A stretch of DNA of 64,000 nt, from positions 4,216 to 68,215 of the forward strand of contig JAJTHM010000055.1 of NCBI GenBank assembly GCA_021297855.1, read 5' to 3'. The notes under the pieces were generated by a model. That model worked only from the letters and a program-made list of their open reading frames with translations, did no database searches and had not been told where the DNA came from. Below, piece after piece: positions 1 to 9,087 of the stretch (the first letter of the stretch is position 1; each line of letters starts with the position of its first letter). A program made the translations under genes and the position numbers. The DNA comes from Sphingobacteriales bacterium. GTDB lineage: Bacteria; Bacteroidota; Bacteroidia; Chitinophagales; JADJOU01.

Positions 1-2241
1 AATATCTGTATTATTTACAGATAGAGTGGCGGTCTGTCCTTGACAGAGTTGGTTCGAAGGCGAAGCTAAGATTTGGTCATCAAATGGAGCTCTGATGACG
101 ACTTCGTATGCTGCAGTGCAAACCCCCAAACTCTCCGTATGGGTGCAGACGACCCTATAGGTTACTGGTAGAGAACCCACTGGTACATCGGCTTCACAGA
201 CCTGCAAATTACAATCTGTAGCACCATTGATAGCTGTACCATTTCTCGACCATTGATAGGTATTCTCACCTAGTCCAATGCCATGTCGGAATGTAACACT
301 TAAATCTATGCAATCGTCCTGGCACAGTCGCATATTATCTGGTCTATTTCCAGGCAATGGATTCGAGGTGTTATATATAGTACCGTTTTGATCTACCTGC
401 AGATCATAGAAATATGCGCAAACATTTGGATTGGCAGAGCTTTGCGGTACTAGATTCTCATCAATAGGCTGGTCACAGAAATGCTTAAAATCTTCTCCGA
501 AATCGATATTTGCTCTAGACTCGGTATTGACCTCTATACCAAGTTCTGTCTGCAGGAATCCAGGACCACTCGTGGTTACGAAGGGCATGGTAGGTTCTGT
601 AGGATCTGCTGACTCTAGGCACATAGGTCTTCTTTCACAGTTTAACCTTCCTCCTGGATTAACGACGTAAGTTTGCAAATCAACTAATGGAAAACGGTCT
701 ACGAAATTAGATTGCTGAAAAGGGCTCACACTAACTCTTCTCTTGCCCGAAGAAAAATAAATATCATTACCAGCATCCCTACTAAATATGCGTCCATTAG
801 GGACTACAATATCCCAACCTTTTTTAAGAGCTAGGTTTGTTTCAAAATCCTCTAATGGTTGATCATTTCTATAACCATAACTCGAATGAAACGGGAATGG
901 GCCGTTGTTAGTTGTAATACTCGGATTATGGTCTACTACAAAAGCAAAGTAATCTTTTATTACATGTGTATTCTTAAGATTAGTAGGTAAGGAACCTGGA
1001 GGGAGTGATACATCTTGCATGTAACCTCCTATTAAAATACTGGTAGGACTTACGTATTCTATTTGTGATAAAATAATTTCGTTATTTTCTGGCGGAAAAG
1101 CGGTAGGTGCTACAAAAGGATTTGGAGCATTGTTTAACCAAAAAGCAGTGTGTCCACCTAGAGCTAAAGGCACTATAGCATTGGTATTATCCATTCGTAA
1201 TATACCACCTATATAGCTAAACGGATCTGTATATAGAAGTAACAAATGATTATTAATAGGTTCTATAGTCATAGAATTAAAAGATATGGTAGGCCAGATA
1301 CCAGATCCTGGCGGCGGAACCCTTGGCGGCATACCACCTGTAAAATTTTGCTCAAAACTCCAACATTCCCCGTCATCCCAACGAGATAGTAATCCCCATC
1401 CAATTTTTGCAGAAGGACTTCCTATTCCAAAATATCCGCACGCGTATATTCGTCCATTAAACTCTATGAGATCATTAAACCACGAAATCCAATTAGAGTT
1501 CTGATGTGGAATCACTCGAACCTCAATGTCTCCCGTACATCCAAATCCTGAACAGTTAAAGTTTGGATTATTAAAAACTGTTGGATTAATTCTCACCATA
1601 AACGCTTGAGTCCAATTATTAAGAGTGCCACCTGTAACATAGGCATAACCCACAGCAAAAATATCCCCACCGGATTCTATCATTTTAGTAATCACAGTGC
1701 CGTCATATCTAATTGCATTTCCTGCTGTGTTATTGATATGCCTTCTAATTAAAAGATCTATATTTCTCGGTACATTTGGAGGTGGGGCGTTAAAATCAAA
1801 CCGCTTAATTAAAGCAGGATTATCATGCCATCCCAATGTATAATTTTCTAAGCCTCCTGTGATATAATTTCCTGTAGTTCCGAAAAAACTGCTCATCGCT
1901 GTAGCAGGAATAGTGCCACCACCATATCTATATTTAAGTTCATCCACTGCTCCATTCGCTGGATTAAATCTATGTAGTTTGATTAATTTACCGGAACCTG
2001 TATGATCCACAATAGTAGATGTTGAAACAAAATTTCCCCCTTGAAGTGCTGCATCTGTATGCTGGGTATGATAGTCTGTAAATGGAGTCGCAAGTCGAGG
2101 AATAGCAGAAGCATTTTTCCAGTTGGCCCCATAATGATAGGGTAAGGGATCTGCGTTGCATTCACCGGGCACTTGGGCAAGCACCTGCCCACCATTAAGA
2201 ATAAGAAAAGCTATGATGCTAAAAATGATTGTGTAGTTCAT
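1..2241 (-). CDS. Large secreted/surface protein, partial (3' end runs off the window); Ig-like repeats begin near the edge
   Basis: Not in the ORF track. Translated by hand from the ATG at 2241 (MNYTIIFSIIAFLILNGGQVLAQVPGEC..., signal peptide); I found no stop in the segments read down to position 1. Distal YQWSRNGTAINGAT and LCQGQTATLSV motifs are typical of Bacteroidota Ig-like repeats. Confidence 0.85.
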   Translation of the reverse strand, partial: MNYTIIFSIIAFLILNGGQVLAQVPGECNADPLPYHYGANWKNASAIPRLATPFTDYHTQHTDAALQGGNFVSTSTIVDHTGSGKLIKLHRFNPANGAVDELKYRYGGGTIPATAMSSFFGTTGNYITGGLENYTLGWHDNPALIKRFDFNAPPPNVPRNIDLLIRRHINNTAGNAIRYDGTVITKMIESGGDIFAVGYAYVTGGTLNNWTQAFMVRINPTVFNNPNFNCSGFGCTGDIEVRVIPHQNSNWISWFNDLIEFNGRIYACGYFGIGSPSAKIGWGLLSRWDDGECWSFEQNFTGGMPPRVPPPGSGIWPTISFNSMTIEPINNHLLLLYTDPFSYIGGILRMDNTNAIVPLALGGHTAFWLNNAPNPFVAPTAFPPENNEIILSQIEYVSPTSILIGGYMQDVSLPPGSLPTNLKNTHVIKDYFAFVVDHNPSITTNNGPFPFHSSYGYRNDQPLEDFETNLALKKGWDIVVPNGRIFSRDAGNDIYFSSGKRRVSVSPFQQSNFVDRFPLVDLQTYVVNPGGRLNCERRPMCLESADPTEPTMPFVTTSGPGFLQTELGIEVNTESRANIDFGEDFKHFCDQPIDENLVPQSSANPNVCAYFYDLQVDQNGTIYNTSNPLPGNRPDNMRLCQDDCIDLSVTFRHGIGLGENTYQWSRNGTAINGATDCNLQVCEADVPVGSLPVTYRVVCTHTESLGVCTAAYEVVIRAPFDDQILASPSNQLCQGQTATLSVNNTDI

Positions 2242-2427
2242 AAGTTGAAATTTTGAATTAAATATTAATACTAAGATTTTGACCCCTAAAGAATAAAAAC
2301 ACCCCAATTGAAACTAAAAATCTATATTATAGCTTTTACAATTTCTGTTTGTATTTTTACAATTTTGTTATCGCCTGCAAAGTAAGTGGAAAAAAACATA
2401 TCCTGTAATATCGTAACAAGGAATCGT

Positions 2428-2445
2428 TTCCCAAAAAATTGGGAA
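2428..2445. promoter_or_regulatory. Candidate operator palindrome TTCCCAA-N4-TTGGGAA
   Basis: Perfect 7-bp inverted repeat in the divergent intergenic region, just upstream of the TAGTTTTG (2464-2471) -7 element of the XRE gene. Confidence 0.45.
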
Positions 2446-2490
2446 TTATTAGTTGTTTTATCTTAGTTTTGTACTTTAAACAACTTAAAA

Positions 2491-2823
2491 ATGGAATTAA
2501 ATCAACTCATAGGTGCCAGAATAAAAAAAATTCGCGAGGATAACAACTTACTTCAAAAAAATATTTGTGACGAACTAAATATTAGCAAGAATACCTACAG
2601 CAGTATAGAAAATGGCAAAACTAAGCTCACGGTAGAAATGCTATTTCAATTGGCAAAATGTTTTCAAGTAGGCATCGATGTTATCTTAGACATCGATCAA
2701 AAGCAGAATCAATCCAATATCCATAATAACAATGTAGTTTTATATGGAGTTAGCAATAATGGTAAGGTAGAGTTCCATCTGACCAATGATTTTATAGATA
2801 ATATCAAGAAGAAAGATAGCTAA
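2491..2823 (+). CDS. XRE/HTH_3 family transcriptional regulator
   Basis: IGARIKKIRE...Q..I...LNISKNTYSSIENGKTKLTVEMLFQLAKCFQV is a Cro/C1-type helix-turn-helix. Confidence 0.9.
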   Translation: MELNQLIGARIKKIREDNNLLQKNICDELNISKNTYSSIENGKTKLTVEMLFQLAKCFQVGIDVILDIDQKQNQSNIHNNNVVLYGVSNNGKVEFHLTNDFIDNIKKKDS

Positions 2824-3073
2824 TTTGATTCCGATTTTGGATTCAGTTTAGTTCCTCTCTATAGTTATCGGAACGACTATCGCCTTGTTTTACTATTTTT
2901 ATACTATATCGGCATTTACCATGATTTTGGAAAATTGTTTCTTCATAGTTATTCTTTTTTTACAGTTTCGAATGATTATCCTGACAAAGGATCAGAGAAT
3001 TTGAAATATAGATTCAATACCTGACTTATGAATCTTAGATTAGCATTGCTATAAGACACAATCTTATACTTTT

Positions 3074-4642
3074 CTACTTCATCAAATCTATCTCAGCTTG
3101 CAGGATATTTTTTAACCACATTTCTATCTGTGTCCGACGCCAAATTGTGGCCGCATTGGCATACATTTTTTCCAAAACGGGTTTTTCATCCGTGAGAACT
3201 TCTGCATCTTTCATATCAAGTTGAGATTTATCCAGCATAAACTGACTAATATTTTCAGCGGTGATTTGAAAACGCGATGGCTCAGAGTAGCTAATTTTAG
3301 ACCAATCTGGTTTATTTATGCTAGCACAAATGAAAAGATTTCTTCCTTCCTCGGGCTCGGGAGTAGGGAGCAGTGTAGTCTGAAACCCAGCTGCCTCAAA
3401 AGTTTTGATCACAGAACGCGCAGCGCGACCATTTTCACCATTAGTAAATCCATAGAAATTCATCATGACCATGCCATTTTGATTTAGCATGCCTTTTAAC
3501 CTTTGAAATGATTCTATCGTTGGCACCTGAGATGGGGGTGTCTCATTGAAAAACAAATCTAAGACAATTACATCGTATTTCTTTTTGGATGTATTAATGA
3601 CATGACGTGCATCATCTACGATAATAGGAGTAGATGAAGGAACGGAGAAATGATTGACAGCTGCTTCTTTAATGCGCTGATCCAACTCTACTACCTCTAT
3701 ATCAAATCCCAAACGCTGAAATTGATGAAAAAGCATACCGCCACCTAATCCCATGAGAAGCATGGAGCTGCCTTTCGGATAAATACTCGCTGCACTTGGC
3801 ATCAATACTGACCAATCCCATAAATTATAGTCCAGGCTATCCCTATCTAGTATTGACTGAAGCGTATTATTGACTACTAAACCACGGGCCATCTTCTCGC
3901 CTTTCATTTCTGTATAAAAAGGAAAGTCAAACACCCGAACCTGACCATGGATTCCCTCAGATTCCGAAAGCAAGGTCACATTCGCATTATCATGAATATC
4001 TATAGCTAGATTTGACTTAAGAGCAAAAAAAAAGGGCAGAAGAATGGCCAGCGCTTTAAATGATTTTCCCTTTACAAGAGCTATCATTGGAAAAATAGCT
4101 AATAAGGACCCAAACATAAAACATGGCCATTTGATTCCAAATTCTGGCAACATATAAAACCCAACTAAAAAAGTGGCTACAATACCCCCTAGGGTAGATA
4201 TAGCATAGACAGATCCAGCACTTTTTCCCGTTTCATCGACTTTGGTATTGATCATATTGATGATGACTGGAGAAGTCATACCCATAAAAAGTAGCGGGGG
4301 GAACATAAAGATCAAAAGTGAAATCGTAGAACCCCAGCGAATATCCATATCTATATTTCTTGTCATAATCCATTGACTGGTGAAGGGCATTATAGCCAGA
4401 AAAACACCTGCCAAAATCAATATCAAATACACTAAATCTTCACGTTTATATTTTTCTGACACATAGCCCCCAATATAGTAGCCACTCATCAAGCCAAATA
4501 GCGTAATACCAAGCACAGCAGCCCACACATAAAGAGAGCTACCAAAGAAAGGAGCAATCATTCTCGCACCTAATAATTCGCAAGCCATAACACTGGCACC
4601 TTCTATAAAGGCTAAAAGAAATAAAAATCGGAGTTTATTCAT
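3074..4642 (-). CDS. Fused membrane domain/spermidine synthase-like protein (paralog 1)
   Basis: N-terminal multi-TM region (ELLGARMIAPFFGSSLYVW; GSVYAISTLG), then LLMGLGGG, VVELD, DDARH and YDVIVLDLF Rossmann motifs. Confidence 0.88.
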   Translation of the reverse strand: MNKLRFLFLLAFIEGASVMACELLGARMIAPFFGSSLYVWAAVLGITLFGLMSGYYIGGYVSEKYKREDLVYLILILAGVFLAIMPFTSQWIMTRNIDMDIRWGSTISLLIFMFPPLLFMGMTSPVIINMINTKVDETGKSAGSVYAISTLGGIVATFLVGFYMLPEFGIKWPCFMFGSLLAIFPMIALVKGKSFKALAILLPFFFALKSNLAIDIHDNANVTLLSESEGIHGQVRVFDFPFYTEMKGEKMARGLVVNNTLQSILDRDSLDYNLWDWSVLMPSAASIYPKGSSMLLMGLGGGMLFHQFQRLGFDIEVVELDQRIKEAAVNHFSVPSSTPIIVDDARHVINTSKKKYDVIVLDLFFNETPPSQVPTIESFQRLKGMLNQNGMVMMNFYGFTNGENGRAARSVIKTFEAAGFQTTLLPTPEPEEGRNLFICASINKPDWSKISYSEPSRFQITAENISQFMLDKSQLDMKDAEVLTDEKPVLEKMYANAATIWRRTQIEMWLKNILQAEIDLMK

Positions 4643-4722
4643 TTTTGTTAATTGAGTTGAACAAAAGTCAATGTTTCTACTGTGAATCTAACTAAATAAA
4701 ACTCGTGCATGTAAAACATTCA

Positions 4723-6294
4723 TCATTTTATCAAGTTAATTTCAGATTCTAAAATAGGTTTAATTTGGTATTCGATGGTTCTTTTTCTCCAATCCAGTGA
4801 TGGTTCTATATACATATAATCAAATCTCGGCCTCTCATCCGTAAGGATTTCCGAATCATCCAGGTCTATGTCATTGAGATGGAGAAAGTACTTTCGTATG
4901 TCCTCTATTTTTGGCAGCCCCTCTTCGATATAATTCGTTTTGGAATAATCTAACTTCTGATGAGAGGCTAAAAATACAACGTTTCTACTAGACTCATCTT
5001 CATTCGGCGTCACCATGATCTCTACCTGAAACCCAGCTTCAAGGAGTGTTTTCAAAATAGATCTTGCTGATTTACCTTTCGAACCTTTTGTATATCCAAA
5101 ATAATTTATCATCCACAAACCATTCTCCCGAAGTATTTTCTTCACTTTTAAAAAAGTTTCTAATGTCAGAACTTGGGCTGGAGGGGTTTCATTGAGAAAC
5201 ATATCAAAGGTGATGAGATCATAGGTTTTTGAGGTTGTATTGATAAAATGACGTGCATCGTCAATTTTAATATCTGCCTTAGGTGAAACACCAAAATATT
5301 GAATAGCTGTTTGTTTAATTCGTTCGTCAAGTTCTACGACTTCTGTTTTCATGCCTAGTCTGTCAAACTGGTGGAGGATGGTTCCTCCTCCCAATCCCAT
5401 AAGCAAGGCGTCGCTGCCTCTTGGAATTATATTCGCTACGGTAGGGAAAAAATAAGACCAGTCCCAACTATCGTAATTCAATTTATCTCTAAAAGCGGTA
5501 GATTGTCCGACGTTGTTGACGAATAAAGTTCTGCCGATATGATGGCCACGAAAATGGGTTTCTACGGGTGCATCGATAACACGTATTTGTCCAAAGATAC
5601 CTTCAGATTCATAAATCAGTTCTGTGTCACCACCCATAGTGGTTTTAATACTATAATTTGAGTATAAAAATACAAAAGGCAGAAGCACAAGAGTAAGTCT
5701 GAATTTTTTCAACCAAATCATAGATATCAAACATAGAAGTATTAAAGATAGGCCAAGATAACAACACGGCCAACTTATTCCATAGGTAGGCATAACATAA
5801 AATCCAAAAGCGAAGGTAGAAAGGATGCCGCCCAGAGTAGAAATAGCATAAACAGAACCAGAGGTTTTACCCGAAGTCTTGGCATCCAAATTTAAAATTC
5901 GGATGAACATAGGTGTAGAAATTCCAAAAAAACAGAGGGCAGGAAAAAGAAAAACCAAGAGTGAAACAATGGCCCCTGAAATAATATTCCCACTGATCAA
6001 TTGAGTCATAATCAATAGGCTAAAATATGGTATGCAACCAAGACCCAAAGCGCCTAAAGTCAAAGAAGTCACTGCAAGCATCTCAATCCTATATTCATAT
6101 TTAAGGGATAACACCCCCCCTAGGTAATAACCTAAAGTCAGAGAAAACAAGGTGATACCTAAAACAGAAGCCCATATATAAAGTGAATTTCCATAGAAAG
6201 GTCCAATTAATTTAGCGCCCATAAGCTCTGCTGCCATCACTGCGGCTCCTTCTATGAGAACTAACATATAAATATAGGAGCGCGGGAACATCAT
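4723..6294 (-). CDS. Fused membrane domain/spermidine synthase-like protein (paralog 2)
   Basis: Same motifs as the adjacent paralog. Start moved to the ATG at 6294 (MMFPRS), which removes the overlap with corA and aligns with paralog 1. Confidence 0.85.
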   Translation of the reverse strand: MMFPRSYIYMLVLIEGAAVMAAELMGAKLIGPFYGNSLYIWASVLGITLFSLTLGYYLGGVLSLKYEYRIEMLAVTSLTLGALGLGCIPYFSLLIMTQLISGNIISGAIVSLLVFLFPALCFFGISTPMFIRILNLDAKTSGKTSGSVYAISTLGGILSTFAFGFYVMPTYGISWPCCYLGLSLILLCLISMIWLKKFRLTLVLLPFVFLYSNYSIKTTMGGDTELIYESEGIFGQIRVIDAPVETHFRGHHIGRTLFVNNVGQSTAFRDKLNYDSWDWSYFFPTVANIIPRGSDALLMGLGGGTILHQFDRLGMKTEVVELDERIKQTAIQYFGVSPKADIKIDDARHFINTTSKTYDLITFDMFLNETPPAQVLTLETFLKVKKILRENGLWMINYFGYTKGSKGKSARSILKTLLEAGFQVEIMVTPNEDESSRNVVFLASHQKLDYSKTNYIEEGLPKIEDIRKYFLHLNDIDLDDSEILTDERPRFDYMYIEPSLDWRKRTIEYQIKPILESEINLIK

Positions 6295-6310
6295 CGTGAA
6301 TTGAGTATTT

Positions 6311-7261
6311 CTATATCCACTTCTTTTTAAAAAAAATATAAACCGTACCAATGATCAATAAAGCTGTCAAGGCTGTGACAAATACAAATCCAAAAGGATT
6401 AGAACCAAAAGGTACAGGTACATTCATCCCCCATAATCCTGAAATAATACTCGGCAACATGAGAATAATAGTGGCGCCTGTCAGCCTTTTTACGATGGTG
6501 TTGACATTATTGGATATGATGGTAGATATGGTATGCATAGAGCTATCTAAGATTCTTGAATAGACCTCAGTCATTTCAATTGCTTGCTGATTTTCAATAA
6601 TGACTTCATCAAAAAAATCGTCGTACTCCTCATTGTCTCTTGTATCCAAAAAATTAGTGCGTTTCATCTTTACCATCATCAAGTTATTTGACCGCAGGTT
6701 GGTTTCAAAATAAATGAGTGATTTTTGCAACTGAAGGATGGATACAAAATCCTTATTAGAAGCTTGTGTGTCGAGTATTTTCTCAATATCATTGAAGCGA
6801 ATATTAATTTGCTTTAAATAGTAGTGAAAGAAATCCGTGTTTTTGTCAAAAATATTTAAAACTAAATTAGGGATATCGTGAAAGATATTTTTTCGACTCG
6901 CCTTTGTAATAATACTATCAATAATAGGATTTTTATAGAGTGAGGTCGTAATAACTATGTTTTCCTTTATAACGATTGAAATAGGAATTGTGATGAAACT
7001 AGCGCGCTTACTGCTGACTAACTGCTCATTGCGCACTGGAATGTTTAATAAAATAAACTTCGTATCATCATCATCTTCATACCGTGATTGCTCATCGATA
7101 TCCAAGGCATCTGTAAAATATTCAATGTAGACTCCTAGTTTTTCAGAAATCTCATTGATGGCATTATAGTCGAATGGTGGATAAATATTGATCCAACAGC
7201 CAGCGCTCATCTCTTCTACCTCTGTGAGTTTGTCGTCTATGGTTTGATAAATAGTTATCAC
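6311..7261 (-). CDS. corA: CorA-family Mg2+/Co2+ transporter
   Basis: GLWGMNVP signature followed by a second C-terminal TM helix; GTG start. Confidence 0.92.
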   Translation of the reverse strand: MITIYQTIDDKLTEVEEMSAGCWINIYPPFDYNAINEISEKLGVYIEYFTDALDIDEQSRYEDDDDTKFILLNIPVRNEQLVSSKRASFITIPISIVIKENIVITTSLYKNPIIDSIITKASRKNIFHDIPNLVLNIFDKNTDFFHYYLKQINIRFNDIEKILDTQASNKDFVSILQLQKSLIYFETNLRSNNLMMVKMKRTNFLDTRDNEEYDDFFDEVIIENQQAIEMTEVYSRILDSSMHTISTIISNNVNTIVKRLTGATIILMLPSIISGLWGMNVPVPFGSNPFGFVFVTALTALLIIGTVYIFFKKKWI

Positions 7262-7354
7262 TGTCGGGACCCATTTATGAATGAATAATTAGAATGAGCA
7301 AATATAATAGAATTTTACCAAGGCGGTTCACCCTAATCAAAAAATAACATTACC

Positions 7355-8071
7355 TTAGTTATCTTTTGTGTCGGTATCTATTGTTTTTGAACTAGACTTA
7401 TTTCTGAAAATCTCGACAAAATAACCAATCTGCAGGAAGTCGCGACCTATCTCATCCTTGATTCGATAATCAAACTGATAAAGATAGCCTATTTGAATGG
7501 TAGAATTTTTGCTCGGTTTATAATTGAAGGCAAATAGCAATCTATTTCTCTCAAAATAGGGTTCGTTGTCTGTAAAAAAGAGCTCATTATTGACCGCAAC
7601 TTGATAGGGTTGATATCCTTTAGTTTCATTTCCAAATGGAAATCCAAACCCAACTCTATACCTAAATCTATTGCGATAGCCATTGCTCGTAAAACGCATC
7701 TCCATTCTGTATCTTTGTTCGATTTTTATTAAACCAACGGTCTGAGTAAGTATAACTTGAGGCCAAAGACGAAATTCATCATTGTTTTTTGGTGTAACAA
7801 AATTACCGCCTTCTCTATAAGTTTGATAGCTTCCGGCACCCAAGGTAAATTTTACATTAGAAAATGCTTTATAGTTTATCCCTCCTTTAATTTCATAATA
7901 ATGAAAATGGTCATAAAATTTAAGCGAGCGCAATTGAGCCTCTGCAAAGCCACTCCATTTATCATCATAATTGTATTTTACGTTTAGAATATTCCACGAA
8001 CCAAGGTCAGAAGACTGTCCTACAAGAGTAAAACTCAAAAAAAAGAAGACCCAATAAAAGGTTTTTTTCAT
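7355..8071 (-). CDS. DUF2490-like outer-membrane beta-barrel protein
   Basis: Signal peptide; EFRLWPQ, RYRMEMRF and NRFRYR beta-strand motifs. Confidence 0.75.
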   Translation of the reverse strand: MKKTFYWVFFFLSFTLVGQSSDLGSWNILNVKYNYDDKWSGFAEAQLRSLKFYDHFHYYEIKGGINYKAFSNVKFTLGAGSYQTYREGGNFVTPKNNDEFRLWPQVILTQTVGLIKIEQRYRMEMRFTSNGYRNRFRYRVGFGFPFGNETKGYQPYQVAVNNELFFTDNEPYFERNRLLFAFNYKPSKNSTIQIGYLYQFDYRIKDEIGRDFLQIGYFVEIFRNKSSSKTIDTDTKDN

Positions 8072-8087
8072 AGAAAATTAATTTAAT

Positions 8088-8870
8088 CTATTGAATCTCA
8101 ATACTGCCTTCATAGACCTTTAAAGCAGGACCAATAAGTTTAATATCAAAATACTTTCCTGCTTTTTCATTAAATTCTACGCTGAAATTTCCCCCGCGGG
8201 TCTCCACGATTATTTTATTGTCTGAAGTCATTTTCAAATAATGAAAAGCGATGGCAGCGGCCGTAACTCCTGTGCCGCAACTGAGGGTCTCATCCTCTAC
8301 TCCTCGCTCATAGGTTCTCATTTTAATAGTAGAATAATCTAATTTTTCAACCAAATTGACGTTTATACCCTTTGGGAAATCTTCTGAATACCTAATACTT
8401 CTGGCATAAGGGATCAAATCGATAGTATCTACATGATCTGTAAAATGAATATAATGTGGACTGCCAGTATCCAAAACCAAGTCTTCGCCTATGGAGCTGA
8501 ACTCAGCTATATCCTGCATATGAAGAGAAATAGAATTATCATTCAGATAATCAGCAACATAGGTAGTTTGATTGAAAGAAAAATGAGCAATATTACCCTT
8601 AATAATACCTAACTCTTGCGCAAACTGGGCAATACAACGACCCCCATTCCCGCAAAAACTACTCTCTTGTCCGTCACTATTGTAGTATCGCATTCCAAAA
8701 TCAGTCCCCTCGTCATTTATCAGCTCCATAAGACCATCCGCACCGATTCCAAATCTTCTATCACAGAGGTACTGAATCTGACCACTACTTAGCGAAAAAC
8801 TAGACGCACGCTGGTCTAACAAGACAAAATCATTGCCACAACCTTGGTATTTATAGAACTTAATCGTCAT
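8088..8870 (-). CDS. dapF: Diaminopimelate epimerase
   Basis: KYQGCGNDF, CGNGGRC, DTGSPH, RTYERGVEDETLSCGTG. Confidence 0.97.
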   Translation of the reverse strand: MTIKFYKYQGCGNDFVLLDQRASSFSLSSGQIQYLCDRRFGIGADGLMELINDEGTDFGMRYYNSDGQESSFCGNGGRCIAQFAQELGIIKGNIAHFSFNQTTYVADYLNDNSISLHMQDIAEFSSIGEDLVLDTGSPHYIHFTDHVDTIDLIPYARSIRYSEDFPKGINVNLVEKLDYSTIKMRTYERGVEDETLSCGTGVTAAAIAFHYLKMTSDNKIIVETRGGNFSVEFNEKAGKYFDIKLIGPALKVYEGSIEIQ

Positions 8871-8985
8871 TATTTTAATTGAAAATTAATCAAGATTTTA
8901 AAATTCAAAAATATGAGAGATTTTTTTAAAACATCCCATCTGATATTTTTTATAAAAATTTTATTGCAAACTGTCTAGTAATCTG

Positions 8986-8993
8986 TATATTTG
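8986..8993 (+). promoter_or_regulatory. Bacteroidota sigma-A -7 element (TATATTTG) upstream of mltD
   Basis: Matches TAnnTTTG about 95 nt before the ATG. Confidence 0.5.
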
Positions 8994-9087
8994 TTAATTA
9001 CAAACCAAGTCAAATAGCCAGTAAAATTTGATTTGTAGTAAGTTTGTATACGCAGTATTGCTTAACAATTTATTAAAATAGATCATA

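Noticed and set aside
431-2195. Short ORFs 431-670, 1286-1504 and 1983-2195
   Set aside because: Antisense or out-of-frame shadows of the long minus-strand CDS at 1-2241.
6295-6351. N-terminal extension of the 542-aa ORF
   Set aside because: Overlaps the corA 3' end; alignment with the paralog supports the ATG at 6294.
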